NCBI GenBank assembly: GCA_963695225.1
Contig: OY968762.1
Span: 384,001 to 448,000, forward strand
DNA length: 64,000 nucleotides
Direction: 5' to 3'
Origin: Vulcanimicrobiota bacterium
GTDB taxonomy: Bacteria; Vulcanimicrobiota; Vulcanimicrobiia; Vulcanimicrobiales; Vulcanimicrobiaceae
A program made the translations under genes and the position numbers. How positions within the stretch are numbered: position 1 is the stretch's first letter; the number at the start of each line of letters is the position of its first letter. Below the pieces are notes generated by a model, which did not search any database, was not told the DNA's origin, and was given only the letters and a program-made list of their open reading frames with translations. This document shows positions 55,181-64,000 of this stretch, in pieces.

Positions 55181-56303
55181 CGGAAGGGAAGCCGCCGGGC
55201 TCTTGCCGCTCGCGACGTTCGCCGGCCGCGTCTGCGGAGGCCCGACGCCGCTGCTCGCGCTTCGCGTCGAAGCGTTCGCGGAGACGGCTTGGCGGCACGG
55301 GCGCCGCGCCGCGCTCCGGGCCGAGCGGCGCTGCGCGAGCGCGTTCGTGATCGCTGCGCGCCGGGTCTTGCGGGCCTCGGACTTGCTGGGGCACGATCCG
55401 CGCAGCGCGGTCTTCGTCGCGGCACTGACGACGCCGGGGCGGCGCGAGGCGGGCCAAGCCTTTGCAGCGGATTGCCGGTCGGCGCTCGCGCGCATCGCGT
55501 CGGCGATGGAACTGACGACGGGGCTTCGCATGGAGACCGGGTGGACGCTCGGGAGCGTTTCCCCGGCCTCGGTGCGGATCAGGATCGACGAGGCATTCGA
55601 GCGCGGCGCCCGGGAGCGCGAGCGCTACGCGTTCTTTTCCCTCGTGGGGCACGAGCTGCGCACTCCGCTGACCTCGATTCGAGGGTATCTCGACGCTCTG
55701 ATCGAGGACGAGGTCGAAGGTGAGTCCGTTCGCGCGTTCCTGGAGACGGCGCGCAGCGAGGCGCTCCGGCTGGGGCGATTCCTCGACGGGATGTTCGAGC
55801 TCTCGCTGATCGACGCGGGCCTGCACGGCACCCCGCGAAGCTGCGATCCCGCCCCGATCGTCCTGGAGGCGCTGGCGGCGGTGCATCCCGCGGCGCGCGC
55901 GCGGGGGATTTCCCTGCTGCACGAGCTCGAGCACGGGTTGTTCGTGCGCGTCGATGCGGACCTGCTCTCGCAAGTCGTCGGCAACGTGATCGACAACGCG
56001 CTCAAGTACGGCGCGCCGGACGGCCTCGTGCACGTCGGGATGCGGGCGCTTGACGAGCGCTTCGTCGAAGTCTCGATCGACGACGACGGCCCCGGGATCG
56101 CGACGCACGAGCGCGAGGCGATCTTCGTGCTCGGATACCGTTCGGCGTCCGGCGGAGCCGGGAGCGGGATCGGGCTCGCCGTCGCGCGGCTGATCGTCGA
56201 ACGCTCCGGCGGCGAGATCGACGTCGTGGACGGCCGCTTCGGCGGCGCCTGCTTTCGCGTGCGGCTCCCGCGCGAAGCCACGGTGCCGCCCGGCGGCGCT
56301 TAG
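55155..56303 (+). CDS. Cytoplasmic sensor histidine kinase (HisKA/HATPase) with GGDEF-like N-terminus
   Basis: GHELRTPLTSIRG, NVIDNALKY, DDGPGI, GSGIGL; no TM; start uncertain. Confidence 0.85.
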   Translation: MDTSSVRPDGREAAGLLPLATFAGRVCGGPTPLLALRVEAFAETAWRHGRRAALRAERRCASAFVIAARRVLRASDLLGHDPRSAVFVAALTTPGRREAGQAFAADCRSALARIASAMELTTGLRMETGWTLGSVSPASVRIRIDEAFERGARERERYAFFSLVGHELRTPLTSIRGYLDALIEDEVEGESVRAFLETARSEALRLGRFLDGMFELSLIDAGLHGTPRSCDPAPIVLEALAAVHPAARARGISLLHELEHGLFVRVDADLLSQVVGNVIDNALKYGAPDGLVHVGMRALDERFVEVSIDDDGPGIATHEREAIFVLGYRSASGGAGSGIGLAVARLIVERSGGEIDVVDGRFGGACFRVRLPREATVPPGGA

Positions 56304-57463
56304 CCGTCGCGCCCGGTAAGCTCCCGCGTCGCATCGAGCGCGCGCGTGAGGTCGTCGATGAGATCCTCGAGATCCTCGATCCCGACGGAAAGGCGCAGGA
56401 GCCCGTCCGTAATGCCGCGCCGCTCGCGATCTTCCTTGGGGATGGAGCCGTGCGTCATCCGCGCCGGATGGCACAGCAGCGACTCGACGCCGCCGAGGCT
56501 TTCGGCGAGGCTGAACAGCTTCGTCTCCTTCGCGAACGCGAACGCGCGCGCTTCGGGGCCGCGCAGCGTGAACGAGAGCATGCCGCCGAAGCCGCGCATC
56601 TGACGCTTCGCCAGCTCGTGTTGCGGGTGGGAGGGCAGGCCGGGATAATTCACGCGCGCGACGTCGTCGCGTCCTTCCAGAAACCGCGCGATGCCGAGCG
56701 CGTTGCGCTCGTGCTCGCGCATGCGCAGCGCGAGCGTCTTCGCGCCGCGCAGCGTGAGCCATGCATCCAGCGGGCCGGGGACGCCGCCCACCGCGTTCTG
56801 ATGGAACTTCAGCGACTCGTCCAGAGACGCGTCGTTCGTGAGCGCGGCGCCCCCGATCACGTCGCTGTGCCCGCCGATGTACTTCGTCGTCGAGTGGACG
56901 ACGACGTGCGCGCCGAGCGCGAGCGGCGATTGGAAGTACGGCGAGGCGAACGTGTTGTCGACGACGACGATCTGCCCCGGCAGCGCCAATTTCGCGACCG
57001 CGGCAATGTCGATCAGTTTCATCATCGGGTTCGTCGGCGTCTCGAGCCAGAGCAGTTTCGTCGCGGGGACGATCGCGGCGCGAACGGCGGCGAGGTCCGT
57101 CATGTCGACGTAGCTGAAGGAGATGCCGTAGCGCGCGAGCACCTTCGAGAAGAGCCGGTACGTGCCGCCGTAGAGATCGTCGGTGACGACGGCGTGATCG
57201 CCCGCCGAGAGGCAGTTCAGCACGGCCGACGTCGCCGCCATGCCGCTCGCGAACGCGCGCGCGTAGCGCGCCTCTTCTAGCGCCGCGAGTTGCTCTTGCA
57301 GAGCCGTCCGCGTCGGATTCGCGGTGCGGCTGTAGTCGTAGCCTTTGTGCTCGCCGATCCCCGACTGCGTGTAGGTCGAGGTCTGGTAGATCGGAACGAT
57401 CGTCGCCCCGGTCGCCGGGTCGGCATCTTGCCCGCTGTGGATCGCGCGCGTGCTGAATTTCAT
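56300..57463 (-). CDS. Cystathionine gamma-lyase/synthase
   Basis: YSRTANPTR, LETPTNP, HSTTKYIGGHSD, LAESLGGVES. Confidence 0.92.
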   Translation of the reverse strand: MKFSTRAIHSGQDADPATGATIVPIYQTSTYTQSGIGEHKGYDYSRTANPTRTALQEQLAALEEARYARAFASGMAATSAVLNCLSAGDHAVVTDDLYGGTYRLFSKVLARYGISFSYVDMTDLAAVRAAIVPATKLLWLETPTNPMMKLIDIAAVAKLALPGQIVVVDNTFASPYFQSPLALGAHVVVHSTTKYIGGHSDVIGGAALTNDASLDESLKFHQNAVGGVPGPLDAWLTLRGAKTLALRMREHERNALGIARFLEGRDDVARVNYPGLPSHPQHELAKRQMRGFGGMLSFTLRGPEARAFAFAKETKLFSLAESLGGVESLLCHPARMTHGSIPKEDRERRGITDGLLRLSVGIEDLEDLIDDLTRALDATRELTGRDG

Positions 57464-57464
57464 G

Positions 57465-58850
57465 CTATGCGCTCGCCGCACCGGAGAGGTGCGAGATGAT
57501 GTCCTGCCGCGTGATCACGCCGAGCGGCTTGCCCTCGCGCATCACGACGATTGCACTATTCGCGAGCGTCAGGAGGCGGTACGCGCGATCGATCTCGGCG
57601 CCCGCGTCGAGCGTCGGAAACGGCCGCCCCATCACGTCGCGCACCGGCTTGTGGATGAGGTCGGCTTGATCGAACACGGCTTGCATCACGGCGACGTCGT
57701 TGATGCTGCCGATGACCTCGTCGCCTTGCGCGACGGGCAATTGCGAAATCTCGTAGCGGCGCAAGAGGTCGAGCGCGTCCTTGACGACGTCTTCGGGCCG
57801 CACGGTGATCAGCGGCGGGAGCGGCCGTTTTCCCAGCAGGACGTCCCCGACGGTCGCCTGGCGGCGCCCCTCCGCGATGAACCCGTTCGCCGTCATCCAC
57901 TCGTCGTTGAAGATCTTCGACATGTAGCCGCGCCCGGAATCCGGGAAGATCACGACGAGTACGGCGTCGGGGCCGAGCGTTTGCGCGACGCGCAGTGCGG
58001 CGACGGCCGCCGTCCCCGACGAGCCGCCGACGAGCAAGCCCTCCTCGCGCGTGATGCGGCGCGCCATCAGGAACGACTCGCGATCGGAAACGCGCAGCAT
58101 CTCGTCGATCACCTTCATGTCGACGGTCTCGGGGAGATACGACATCCCGATTCCCTCGACTTTGTACGATTTCGGCGTGTCGCCCGAGTAGATCGAACCC
58201 TCGGGGTCGGCCCCGATCACGCGAATCTGCGGGTTGCGCTCTTTCAGATACCGCGCCGTCCCGGAGATCGTCCCGCCCGTCCCTATCCCCGAAACGAGGT
58301 GCGTGACCTTGCCGCCCGTTTGGTCCCAGATCTCGGGGCCGGTCGTGCGATAATGTGCGTCGGGGTTCGCATGGTTGTGCCACTGATTCGGCATGATGGC
58401 GCCCGGGATTTCGGCGACGAGCCGCTCGGCGACGTTGTAGTAGGATTCAGGAGAATCGCCCGGGACGTTCGTCGGCGTGACGACGACTTCGGCGCCGTAC
58501 GCACGCAAGAGGTCGATCTTTTCCTTCGACATCTTGTCGGGCATCACGAGGATGCAGCGATAGCCGCGGATCGCCGCCGCCATCGCGAGGCCGGTCCCGG
58601 TGTTCCCGCTCGTCGCTTCGACGAGCGTCGCCCCGGGCCGCAGGATTCCGGCGCGTTCGGCGTCCTCGATCATCGCAACGGAGGGCCTGTCCTTTACGCT
58701 TCCGCCCGGATTGACGTACTCGACCTTCGCGAGCACGAGACAGCGCGCGCCGTCCGTCACGCGGTTCAAGCGGATCAGCGGCGTGTCGCCTACGGCGTCG
58801 AGCGCGTTCTCGTAGTAGGAGGTCCGGCGGTTCGAATGCGGAGCGATCAT
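57465..58850 (-). CDS. cbs: Cystathionine beta-synthase with C-terminal CBS domains
   Basis: NPGGSVKDR, TSGNTG, GTGGT, PDSGRGYMSK, CBS pair. Confidence 0.9.
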   Translation of the reverse strand: MIAPHSNRRTSYYENALDAVGDTPLIRLNRVTDGARCLVLAKVEYVNPGGSVKDRPSVAMIEDAERAGILRPGATLVEATSGNTGTGLAMAAAIRGYRCILVMPDKMSKEKIDLLRAYGAEVVVTPTNVPGDSPESYYNVAERLVAEIPGAIMPNQWHNHANPDAHYRTTGPEIWDQTGGKVTHLVSGIGTGGTISGTARYLKERNPQIRVIGADPEGSIYSGDTPKSYKVEGIGMSYLPETVDMKVIDEMLRVSDRESFLMARRITREEGLLVGGSSGTAAVAALRVAQTLGPDAVLVVIFPDSGRGYMSKIFNDEWMTANGFIAEGRRQATVGDVLLGKRPLPPLITVRPEDVVKDALDLLRRYEISQLPVAQGDEVIGSINDVAVMQAVFDQADLIHKPVRDVMGRPFPTLDAGAEIDRAYRLLTLANSAIVVMREGKPLGVITRQDIISHLSGAASA

Positions 58851-58946
58851 CCGGAACAGTTCCCCGGCCCGCCGGCGCTTCATTCCCCCGGCGTCCAGAG
58901 GGCGCGCCCCGCATCCCCGAGCGGGACTACCCGTGTCTTGAGCGGC

Positions 58947-59300
58947 ATGGCTACCGACTTTCGTTCAGGACACGATTTCCCGCGCCGCGGCCGCGACGAG
59001 TACGGCGGTTTTCTGTGGCTCTTGCGCGTCTTCGACAAGGCGCGGGCCGCGGCGGACGGCACGATCCACGATTACATCTATCCGTGCCCGATGGATCGCG
59101 GCGTCTTCGAACGCTGGGGGATCACCCCCGCGGAGTTCGACGGCGCGCTCCGCGCGAACCGCACGGACGACGCGATCCTGGCGTGGTTGAACGCGCGCGT
59201 CTCGGCGGCGCAGCGCGAGGCCGCGAATCACTGGGTCTCGGTCGAAAAGGCAGCGAACTTGGACCGGCAGGATAGCGAAGAGGGCGCCGTCTCCGCCTGA
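58947..59300 (+). CDS. DUF5069-like protein
   Basis: WLLRVFDKARA..GTIHDYIYPCPMD. Confidence 0.7.
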   Translation: MATDFRSGHDFPRRGRDEYGGFLWLLRVFDKARAAADGTIHDYIYPCPMDRGVFERWGITPAEFDGALRANRTDDAILAWLNARVSAAQREAANHWVSVEKAANLDRQDSEEGAVSA

Positions 59301-59314
59301 CGGAAAACGCGCGC

Positions 59315-59668
59315 ATGCCGATCGCGCGCCGTGCCGTTCTTGCGCTCTCCATGGGCGCGCTCGCCGCGTTCGCCGCGGGCTGTGGACCGGCTGCGATTCC
59401 TCCTGCCGAACAATTCGCGTCGGTCGCCGGTACCGTACGCGACGGCGCAACCGGCGCCCCGATTCCCGGTGCGTTCGTGACGATCAATTTCGTCCTGAGC
59501 GCGACGGCCGGCGTCGACGGGCGGTACCTGGTGCAGAACGTTCCGATCGGCCCGTGGTCCTACGTCGCCGGCGCGCCGAACTACGGTTCGGTTCAGAGCA
59601 CGAACCCGCCGCCGCTCTCGCCGGGAGAGAAGCGCACGAACTTCGACATTTCGCTCGTGCGCTTGTAG
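59315..59668 (+). CDS. Lipoprotein with carboxypeptidase-regulatory-like (transthyretin fold) domain
   Basis: Lipobox AAGC; VAGTVRD..TGAPIPGA; DGRY..NVPIG. Confidence 0.75.
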   Translation: MPIARRAVLALSMGALAAFAAGCGPAAIPPAEQFASVAGTVRDGATGAPIPGAFVTINFVLSATAGVDGRYLVQNVPIGPWSYVAGAPNYGSVQSTNPPPLSPGEKRTNFDISLVRL

Positions 59669-59673
59669 CGGCA

Positions 59674-60810
59674 TTGCGGCGCGTCGTCGTAGCGCCCGAC
59701 AAGTTCAAGGGCAGCGCGAGTGCGTTGGAGGTCGCGCGCGCGCTCGAACGCGGCCTGCGCGACGCGTGGGGCGAGGCGTGCGAGATCCGCCTCGTTCCGA
59801 TGGCCGACGGCGGCGAGGGGACGGTCGACGCGTTCGTGGAGAGCGGCGCGCGGCGCGTCGTTAGCCGCGTGCACGGGCCGCTCGGAGCGCCCGTCGACGC
59901 GGCGTTCGCGCTCGACGGCGAGCGCGCCATCGTCGAGATGGCGGCGGCTTCGGGGCTTGCGCTCCTTGCGCCGCGGGAGCGCGACCCGCTGCGCGCTTCG
60001 AGCGAGGGGACGGGCGAGTTGATCCGCGCCGCACTCGACGCGGGAGCCCGCGCGATCGTCGTGGCGATCGGCGGGAGCGCGACGAACGACGGCGGGAGCG
60101 GGATGCTGCGCGCGCTCGGCGCGCGCTTCCTCGACGGCGCCGGCGAAGAACTGCAGCCTGGTGGCGCCGCGCTCGCGCGGCTCGCCCGCATCGACACGGG
60201 CGGCCTCGACCCGCGCCTCCGCGAGACCGGTTTCGAGGTCGCGGCGGACGTCGATATCCCGCTGTGCGGACCGCTTGGGGCGAGCGCGCTGTTCGGGCCG
60301 CAGAAGGGGGCGAACGCCGGGGGCGTCACGCTCCTCGATGCGGCGCTCGCCCGGTACGCCGCGGTCGCGGCCGAACTCCTCGGGCGGGATTCGAGCGCGG
60401 AGCCGGGGAGCGGTGCGGCGGGGGGCCTGGGATTCGCGCTGAGGGCGTTTTTCGGCGCTCGATTGCGCCCGGGCGTCGAGATCGTTGCAGATGTGCGCGG
60501 CTTGAACGAGGCGCTGGCGGGCGCGCGCGCGTGCCTGACGGGCGAGGGCGCGATCGACGCGCAGACGCTGCGCGGGAAGACGGTCGGCGGAGTCGCGGGG
60601 CGCGCCCGGGCCTGCGGCGTCCCTTGCGTCGCCTTCGCCGGGACGCTCGACGCGCAGGCGGAGGCGGCGTTGGCGGAGCGAGGAATCGTCGCGTTCCCGA
60701 TCCTCGACCGGCCGATGACGCTCGGCGAAGCGCAAGCGGGATGCACCGCGCTGTTGGAGCGTGCTGCAGCGCGCTTGGCGCGGCTCTTGAGTTCGCGCCC
60801 GGAAGGTTAG
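59674..60810 (+). CDS. Glycerate kinase (GlxK/GarK family)
   Basis: APDKFKGS, ADGGEGT, GGSATNDGG, GAAGGLG, TGEG; TTG start. Confidence 0.92.
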   Translation: MRRVVVAPDKFKGSASALEVARALERGLRDAWGEACEIRLVPMADGGEGTVDAFVESGARRVVSRVHGPLGAPVDAAFALDGERAIVEMAAASGLALLAPRERDPLRASSEGTGELIRAALDAGARAIVVAIGGSATNDGGSGMLRALGARFLDGAGEELQPGGAALARLARIDTGGLDPRLRETGFEVAADVDIPLCGPLGASALFGPQKGANAGGVTLLDAALARYAAVAAELLGRDSSAEPGSGAAGGLGFALRAFFGARLRPGVEIVADVRGLNEALAGARACLTGEGAIDAQTLRGKTVGGVAGRARACGVPCVAFAGTLDAQAEAALAERGIVAFPILDRPMTLGEAQAGCTALLERAAARLARLLSSRPEG

Positions 60811-62195
60811 GGGAGCACCGCCCCGCCGCGATCGGGGCGCGCGGCGGGGGCGGGCGCCTGCGCCGGAACGCCGTGCGGCGGGCTCATCCGCACGAGCGAG
60901 GATCGATTCGCGACGAAGCGATCGATGATCTTCAAGATCACGTCGGCGAGCTTCTGCGGATCGTGGCGCACGGTCTGCGTTTCGCTGATGACGTCGGCGC
61001 CGATGACGGTGACGCCGAGCTCTTCGATCGCGCGCCGGTCGGGTTTGACGGGGACCTGCCCGCCCTGAGCGTAGGCGTCGAGCAAGCGGCGCGGCGGCCG
61101 CTCGTTGATGACCGCGTAATCGCAAACGTGCTCGCCGGCCTGTTCCCGCAGCACGCGCACGTGATTTGAGGCGGAGAAATCGTCGGTTTCGCCCGGCTGC
61201 GTCATCACGTTGCAGACGTAGATCTTCGGGCAGGCCGCCTTCGCGATCTCGCGGGAGATGCCGTCGACGAGCAAGTTCGGCAAGATCGAAGTGTAGAGGC
61301 TGCCCGGGCCGAGGACGATCGCATCGGCCTCATGGATCGCTTGGAGAACTTCCGGCAACGGAGCGGGACGGGACGGTTCGAGCGCGATGCGCGCGATCGC
61401 GGTCTTCGACTGCGAGATCTTCGTCTCGCCTTCGATGTGGCTGCCGTCTTCGAGGTCGGCGACGAGGCGCACGGTCGCGAGCGTCGCCGGGAGGACGCGC
61501 CCTTTGATGTTGAGCACGCGGCTCGATTCCTTGATCGCGCGATCGAAGTTCCCGGTGATGCCGGTCATTGCCGCGAGGAACAGGTTGCCGAACGAATGCC
61601 CCGTAAGGCCCTGCCCTTCGGCGAAGCGATACTGGAACAGATCGGTGACGAGCGCTTCGTCATCCGCGAGGGCGACGAGACAATTGCGGATGTCCCCCGG
61701 CGGCAGGATGCCGAGCTCCTTTTGCAAGCGGCCCGAGCTCCCGCCGTCGTCGCTGACGGTCACGATCGCGGTGAGATTCGACGTGTAGCGCTTGAGGCCG
61801 CGCAGCAGCGTGGATAGGCCGGTCCCGCCGCCGAGCGCGACGATCTTGTAGCCGCGCCGCAGCCGCATGTCGAACAGCGCGTCGACGATGCGGTCGCCGC
61901 CGTCCGGCTGCAGGGCGGTGACGATCGAGCGCATCCATTGACGGATGCCGAAGAAGAGCATGACGGCGCCGATCGCGATGAAGATCGGTCCGAGCCACGG
62001 GAGGGGCATGAGGTCGTCGAAGAAGTCGTCGATCCGCTCGTTGATGTTGAAGTGCGCGCCTTCCTCGGTCAGCCAACGGGAGATGCCGTTCACGAGCAGG
62101 ATGCCGCCCATGACGGCCACCGAGAGCCAACGCTTCACCCCGAGGCCGGGGTAGAGCCAGCGCGCCAACTTGAGCGGATCGAACTCTTTTTTCAC
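60807..62195 (-). CDS. yvcK: YvcK/GlmR family protein with N-terminal TM region
   Basis: GGGTGLS, DDGGSSGRL, PPGDIRNC, GHSFGNL, GPGSLYTS. Confidence 0.92.
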   Translation of the reverse strand: MKKEFDPLKLARWLYPGLGVKRWLSVAVMGGILLVNGISRWLTEEGAHFNINERIDDFFDDLMPLPWLGPIFIAIGAVMLFFGIRQWMRSIVTALQPDGGDRIVDALFDMRLRRGYKIVALGGGTGLSTLLRGLKRYTSNLTAIVTVSDDGGSSGRLQKELGILPPGDIRNCLVALADDEALVTDLFQYRFAEGQGLTGHSFGNLFLAAMTGITGNFDRAIKESSRVLNIKGRVLPATLATVRLVADLEDGSHIEGETKISQSKTAIARIALEPSRPAPLPEVLQAIHEADAIVLGPGSLYTSILPNLLVDGISREIAKAACPKIYVCNVMTQPGETDDFSASNHVRVLREQAGEHVCDYAVINERPPRRLLDAYAQGGQVPVKPDRRAIEELGVTVIGADVISETQTVRHDPQKLADVILKIIDRFVANRSSLVRMSPPHGVPAQAPAPAARPDRGGAVLP

Positions 62196-63079
62196 GCGCG
62201 GATGTCCCGGTGATCGACGATCACGAGCTCGACTCGCCCGCTCTTGCGAACGTGCTCGGCGATGCGTTCCGCGGTGAAGACCGAGCGATGCCTCCCGCCG
62301 GTGCAGCCGATCGCGACGGTCAAACGCGACTTCCCTTCCTCGACGAGATACGGTAAGAGGAAATCGATCATGCCGTCGATGCGGTCGATGAATTCTATCG
62401 AGGCGGGAACCTCGCGCAAGAACGCCGCGACCGCTTCGTCGCGGCCGTTGAGATTCTTGAGCTCGGGAACGTAGTTCGGGTTCGGGAGGAAGCGCACGTC
62501 GAAGACGAGATCTGCGTCGACCGGCAGGCCGTACTTGAAACCGAACGACGTGATGACGACGGCCAAACGCTGCTCGCGCGTGCGATCGCCGAACGCGGCG
62601 GCGATGCGATTCTTGAGCGCCGCGTGCGTGTAATCAGAAGTGTCCCAAATTCGGTCGGCTTGTTCGCGCAGCGGCTCGAGCTCTTTGCGTTCGCGTTCGA
62701 TCGCGTCGCGCAACGAGCCCCCGTCTTCGAACGGATGGCGCCGCCGGGTCTCGCTGTATCGTCGCACGATCGTCTCGTCGCTCGCATCAAGGTACAGAAG
62801 GTCGAAAGTGATCCCTCGCGAGCGCAGCATTTCGAGCGCGGGGATCGCCTCACCAAACGGACCGTGAGAGCGCACGTCGAGCGCGAGTGCCAAACGCTCG
62901 ATGCCGGAATGCGCGCAGAGCTCGACGAGTTCGAGCGTGAGCTTGGGCGGGAGATTGTCGAGGCAGTGAAAGCCGAAGTCTTCGAACGATTTCATCGCCT
63001 GACTCTTCCCGGCGCCGGAAAGCCCGGTAACGACGACGAATCGAGCGAATTTCACCGCCCGCGCTGGGGTCGTACTCAT
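62192..63079 (-). CDS. rapZ: RNase adapter RapZ/YvcJ
   Basis: GLSGAGKS, ETRRRHP, SFGFKYG, DVRFLPNP, GCTGGRHRS; alternative GTG start at 63055. Confidence 0.93.
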   Translation of the reverse strand: MSTTPARAVKFARFVVVTGLSGAGKSQAMKSFEDFGFHCLDNLPPKLTLELVELCAHSGIERLALALDVRSHGPFGEAIPALEMLRSRGITFDLLYLDASDETIVRRYSETRRRHPFEDGGSLRDAIERERKELEPLREQADRIWDTSDYTHAALKNRIAAAFGDRTREQRLAVVITSFGFKYGLPVDADLVFDVRFLPNPNYVPELKNLNGRDEAVAAFLREVPASIEFIDRIDGMIDFLLPYLVEEGKSRLTVAIGCTGGRHRSVFTAERIAEHVRKSGRVELVIVDHRDIRA

Positions 63080-63439
63080 ATGAAGTTGTTTTCGCCTGAA
63101 AAGGCCAACGCCCTCATCCCGGTGCTCGAACCGTTGATCGAAGAGATGTGGCAGAAGCGCCGGGAGCTGGCGATCCTGCTCTTGGAGGGGGACCCTGCGA
63201 TCTCCACCGGTCATGTGAGGCAGACCCGGCAGATTGCCGAGTTGAAGGCCGAGGTGATCCGGCTGGTCCATCGGATCGAGTCCCACGGCTGCGTCATGAA
63301 GGATCTGGATCTCGGGCTGCTGGACTTTCCGGCGCTCCGCGAGGGGCGGCCGATCCTATTCTGCTGGAAGCCGGGAGAGCCGGTGATCTCGTATTGGCAC
63401 GGAGCAGAGGAGAACTTCTCCCACCGCAAGCCGCTCTGA
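63080..63439 (+). CDS. DUF2203 family protein
   Basis: FSPEKANALIP, KDLDLGLLDFP, CWKPGE..I.YWH. Confidence 0.85.
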   Translation: MKLFSPEKANALIPVLEPLIEEMWQKRRELAILLLEGDPAISTGHVRQTRQIAELKAEVIRLVHRIESHGCVMKDLDLGLLDFPALREGRPILFCWKPGEPVISYWHGAEENFSHRKPL

Positions 63440-63450
63440 GTCGAAAAGCA

Positions 63451-63476
63451 GCGGGCGCGTCTCACGACACGCCCGC
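63451..63476. terminator. Hairpin between convergent genes
   Basis: gcgggcgcgtc-tcac-gacacgcccgc, with an A-run on the left. Confidence 0.45.
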
Positions 63477-63499
63477 GTTCGCTATCCGCCGCCTCGCGT

Positions 63500-63904
63500 T
63501 CAGGCCGGCGAGCCGGCGGGCTGTTCGACCTTGACGAAGTCCTCCGCGAGCCCTTGGAGCCGGATTTCGCCGAACGTCACGGTGTAGGCGCCGTTCTCGA
63601 CGCTCTGCACGGCGCCCAACTCGGGCGCGTCGGCGAGCTGCGGGATCTTGCTGCGAATCTCGTTCGGCAGCCGGACGGTATCGCCGACGTTCAGCCCGCC
63701 CTGCTCGAAGAGCAGCTCCAGTTCCTCGAGGAGCATGGGGAGCGGAATGCCGTAGCCGGCACTCACTTGCTCGACGGTCTCGTGCTCGCTGATCGCGCAA
63801 TTCGCGCAGCCGCCGAGATGGAACTTGGCGAAGACGCGGCGCGCGCCGGCGTGCGTCTTGAACGCCTGTTCCACGGTCATATCTTTATTGAAGTGCTCGC
63901 TCAC
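63500..63904 (-). CDS. DUF1858-like CxxC domain protein with small C-terminal beta domain
   Basis: KDMTVEQ..VFAKFHLGGCANC..ETVEQ..GI. Confidence 0.7.
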   Translation of the reverse strand: MSEHFNKDMTVEQAFKTHAGARRVFAKFHLGGCANCAISEHETVEQVSAGYGIPLPMLLEELELLFEQGGLNVGDTVRLPNEIRSKIPQLADAPELGAVQSVENGAYTVTFGEIRLQGLAEDFVKVEQPAGSPA

Positions 63905-64000
63905 CCTAACCCCTCACTTCGTGGGTACTAACCCCACCGAGCATTTTGTTTCATCAACTGTGCCCACACGCCTCGCGGTTGCACATCGCCGTTCGGCTAA

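Overview
High-GC bacterial chromosome window, mostly core genome. My inference from 16S features and gene content is Eremiobacterota/Vulcanimicrobiota (WPS-2); this is unverified. In order: 5' part of a glutaryl-CoA dehydrogenase gene; a complete IS1202/ISNCY-type IS (796-2192, 15-bp target duplication) abutting the -35 box of the ribosomal-protein cluster promoter; the S10-spc-alpha cluster (rplC to rplQ, lacking rpsJ and rpmD); trpEGDCFBA; a Liv-type ABC transporter; catabolic genes; one rRNA operon with no spacer tRNAs; a 13-gene type IV pilus cluster with an embedded sigma factor and CcdA-like gene, next to an XRE/DUF5753-like regulator and a two-component system; then cbs/cystathionine lyase, glycerate kinase, yvcK and rapZ. 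The most interesting signals are: (1) a small basic ORF splitting rpsM from rpsK with a hairpin inside its coding region, resembling ArfA/BrfA non-stop ribosome-rescue genes in architecture; (2) mini-ORFs bridging every long gap between rplC and rpsM; (3) the pilus locus with a cytoplasmic histidine kinase whose sensor looks like a degenerate GGDEF domain with an RxxD site, plus a shared 18-bp operator-like motif; (4) a GTAG-anchored structured repeat in three copies with covarying stems; (5) a ~100-nt hairpin expansion in 23S rRNA at the actinobacterial H54a position. All family calls come from motif recognition by eye; no database searches were run.
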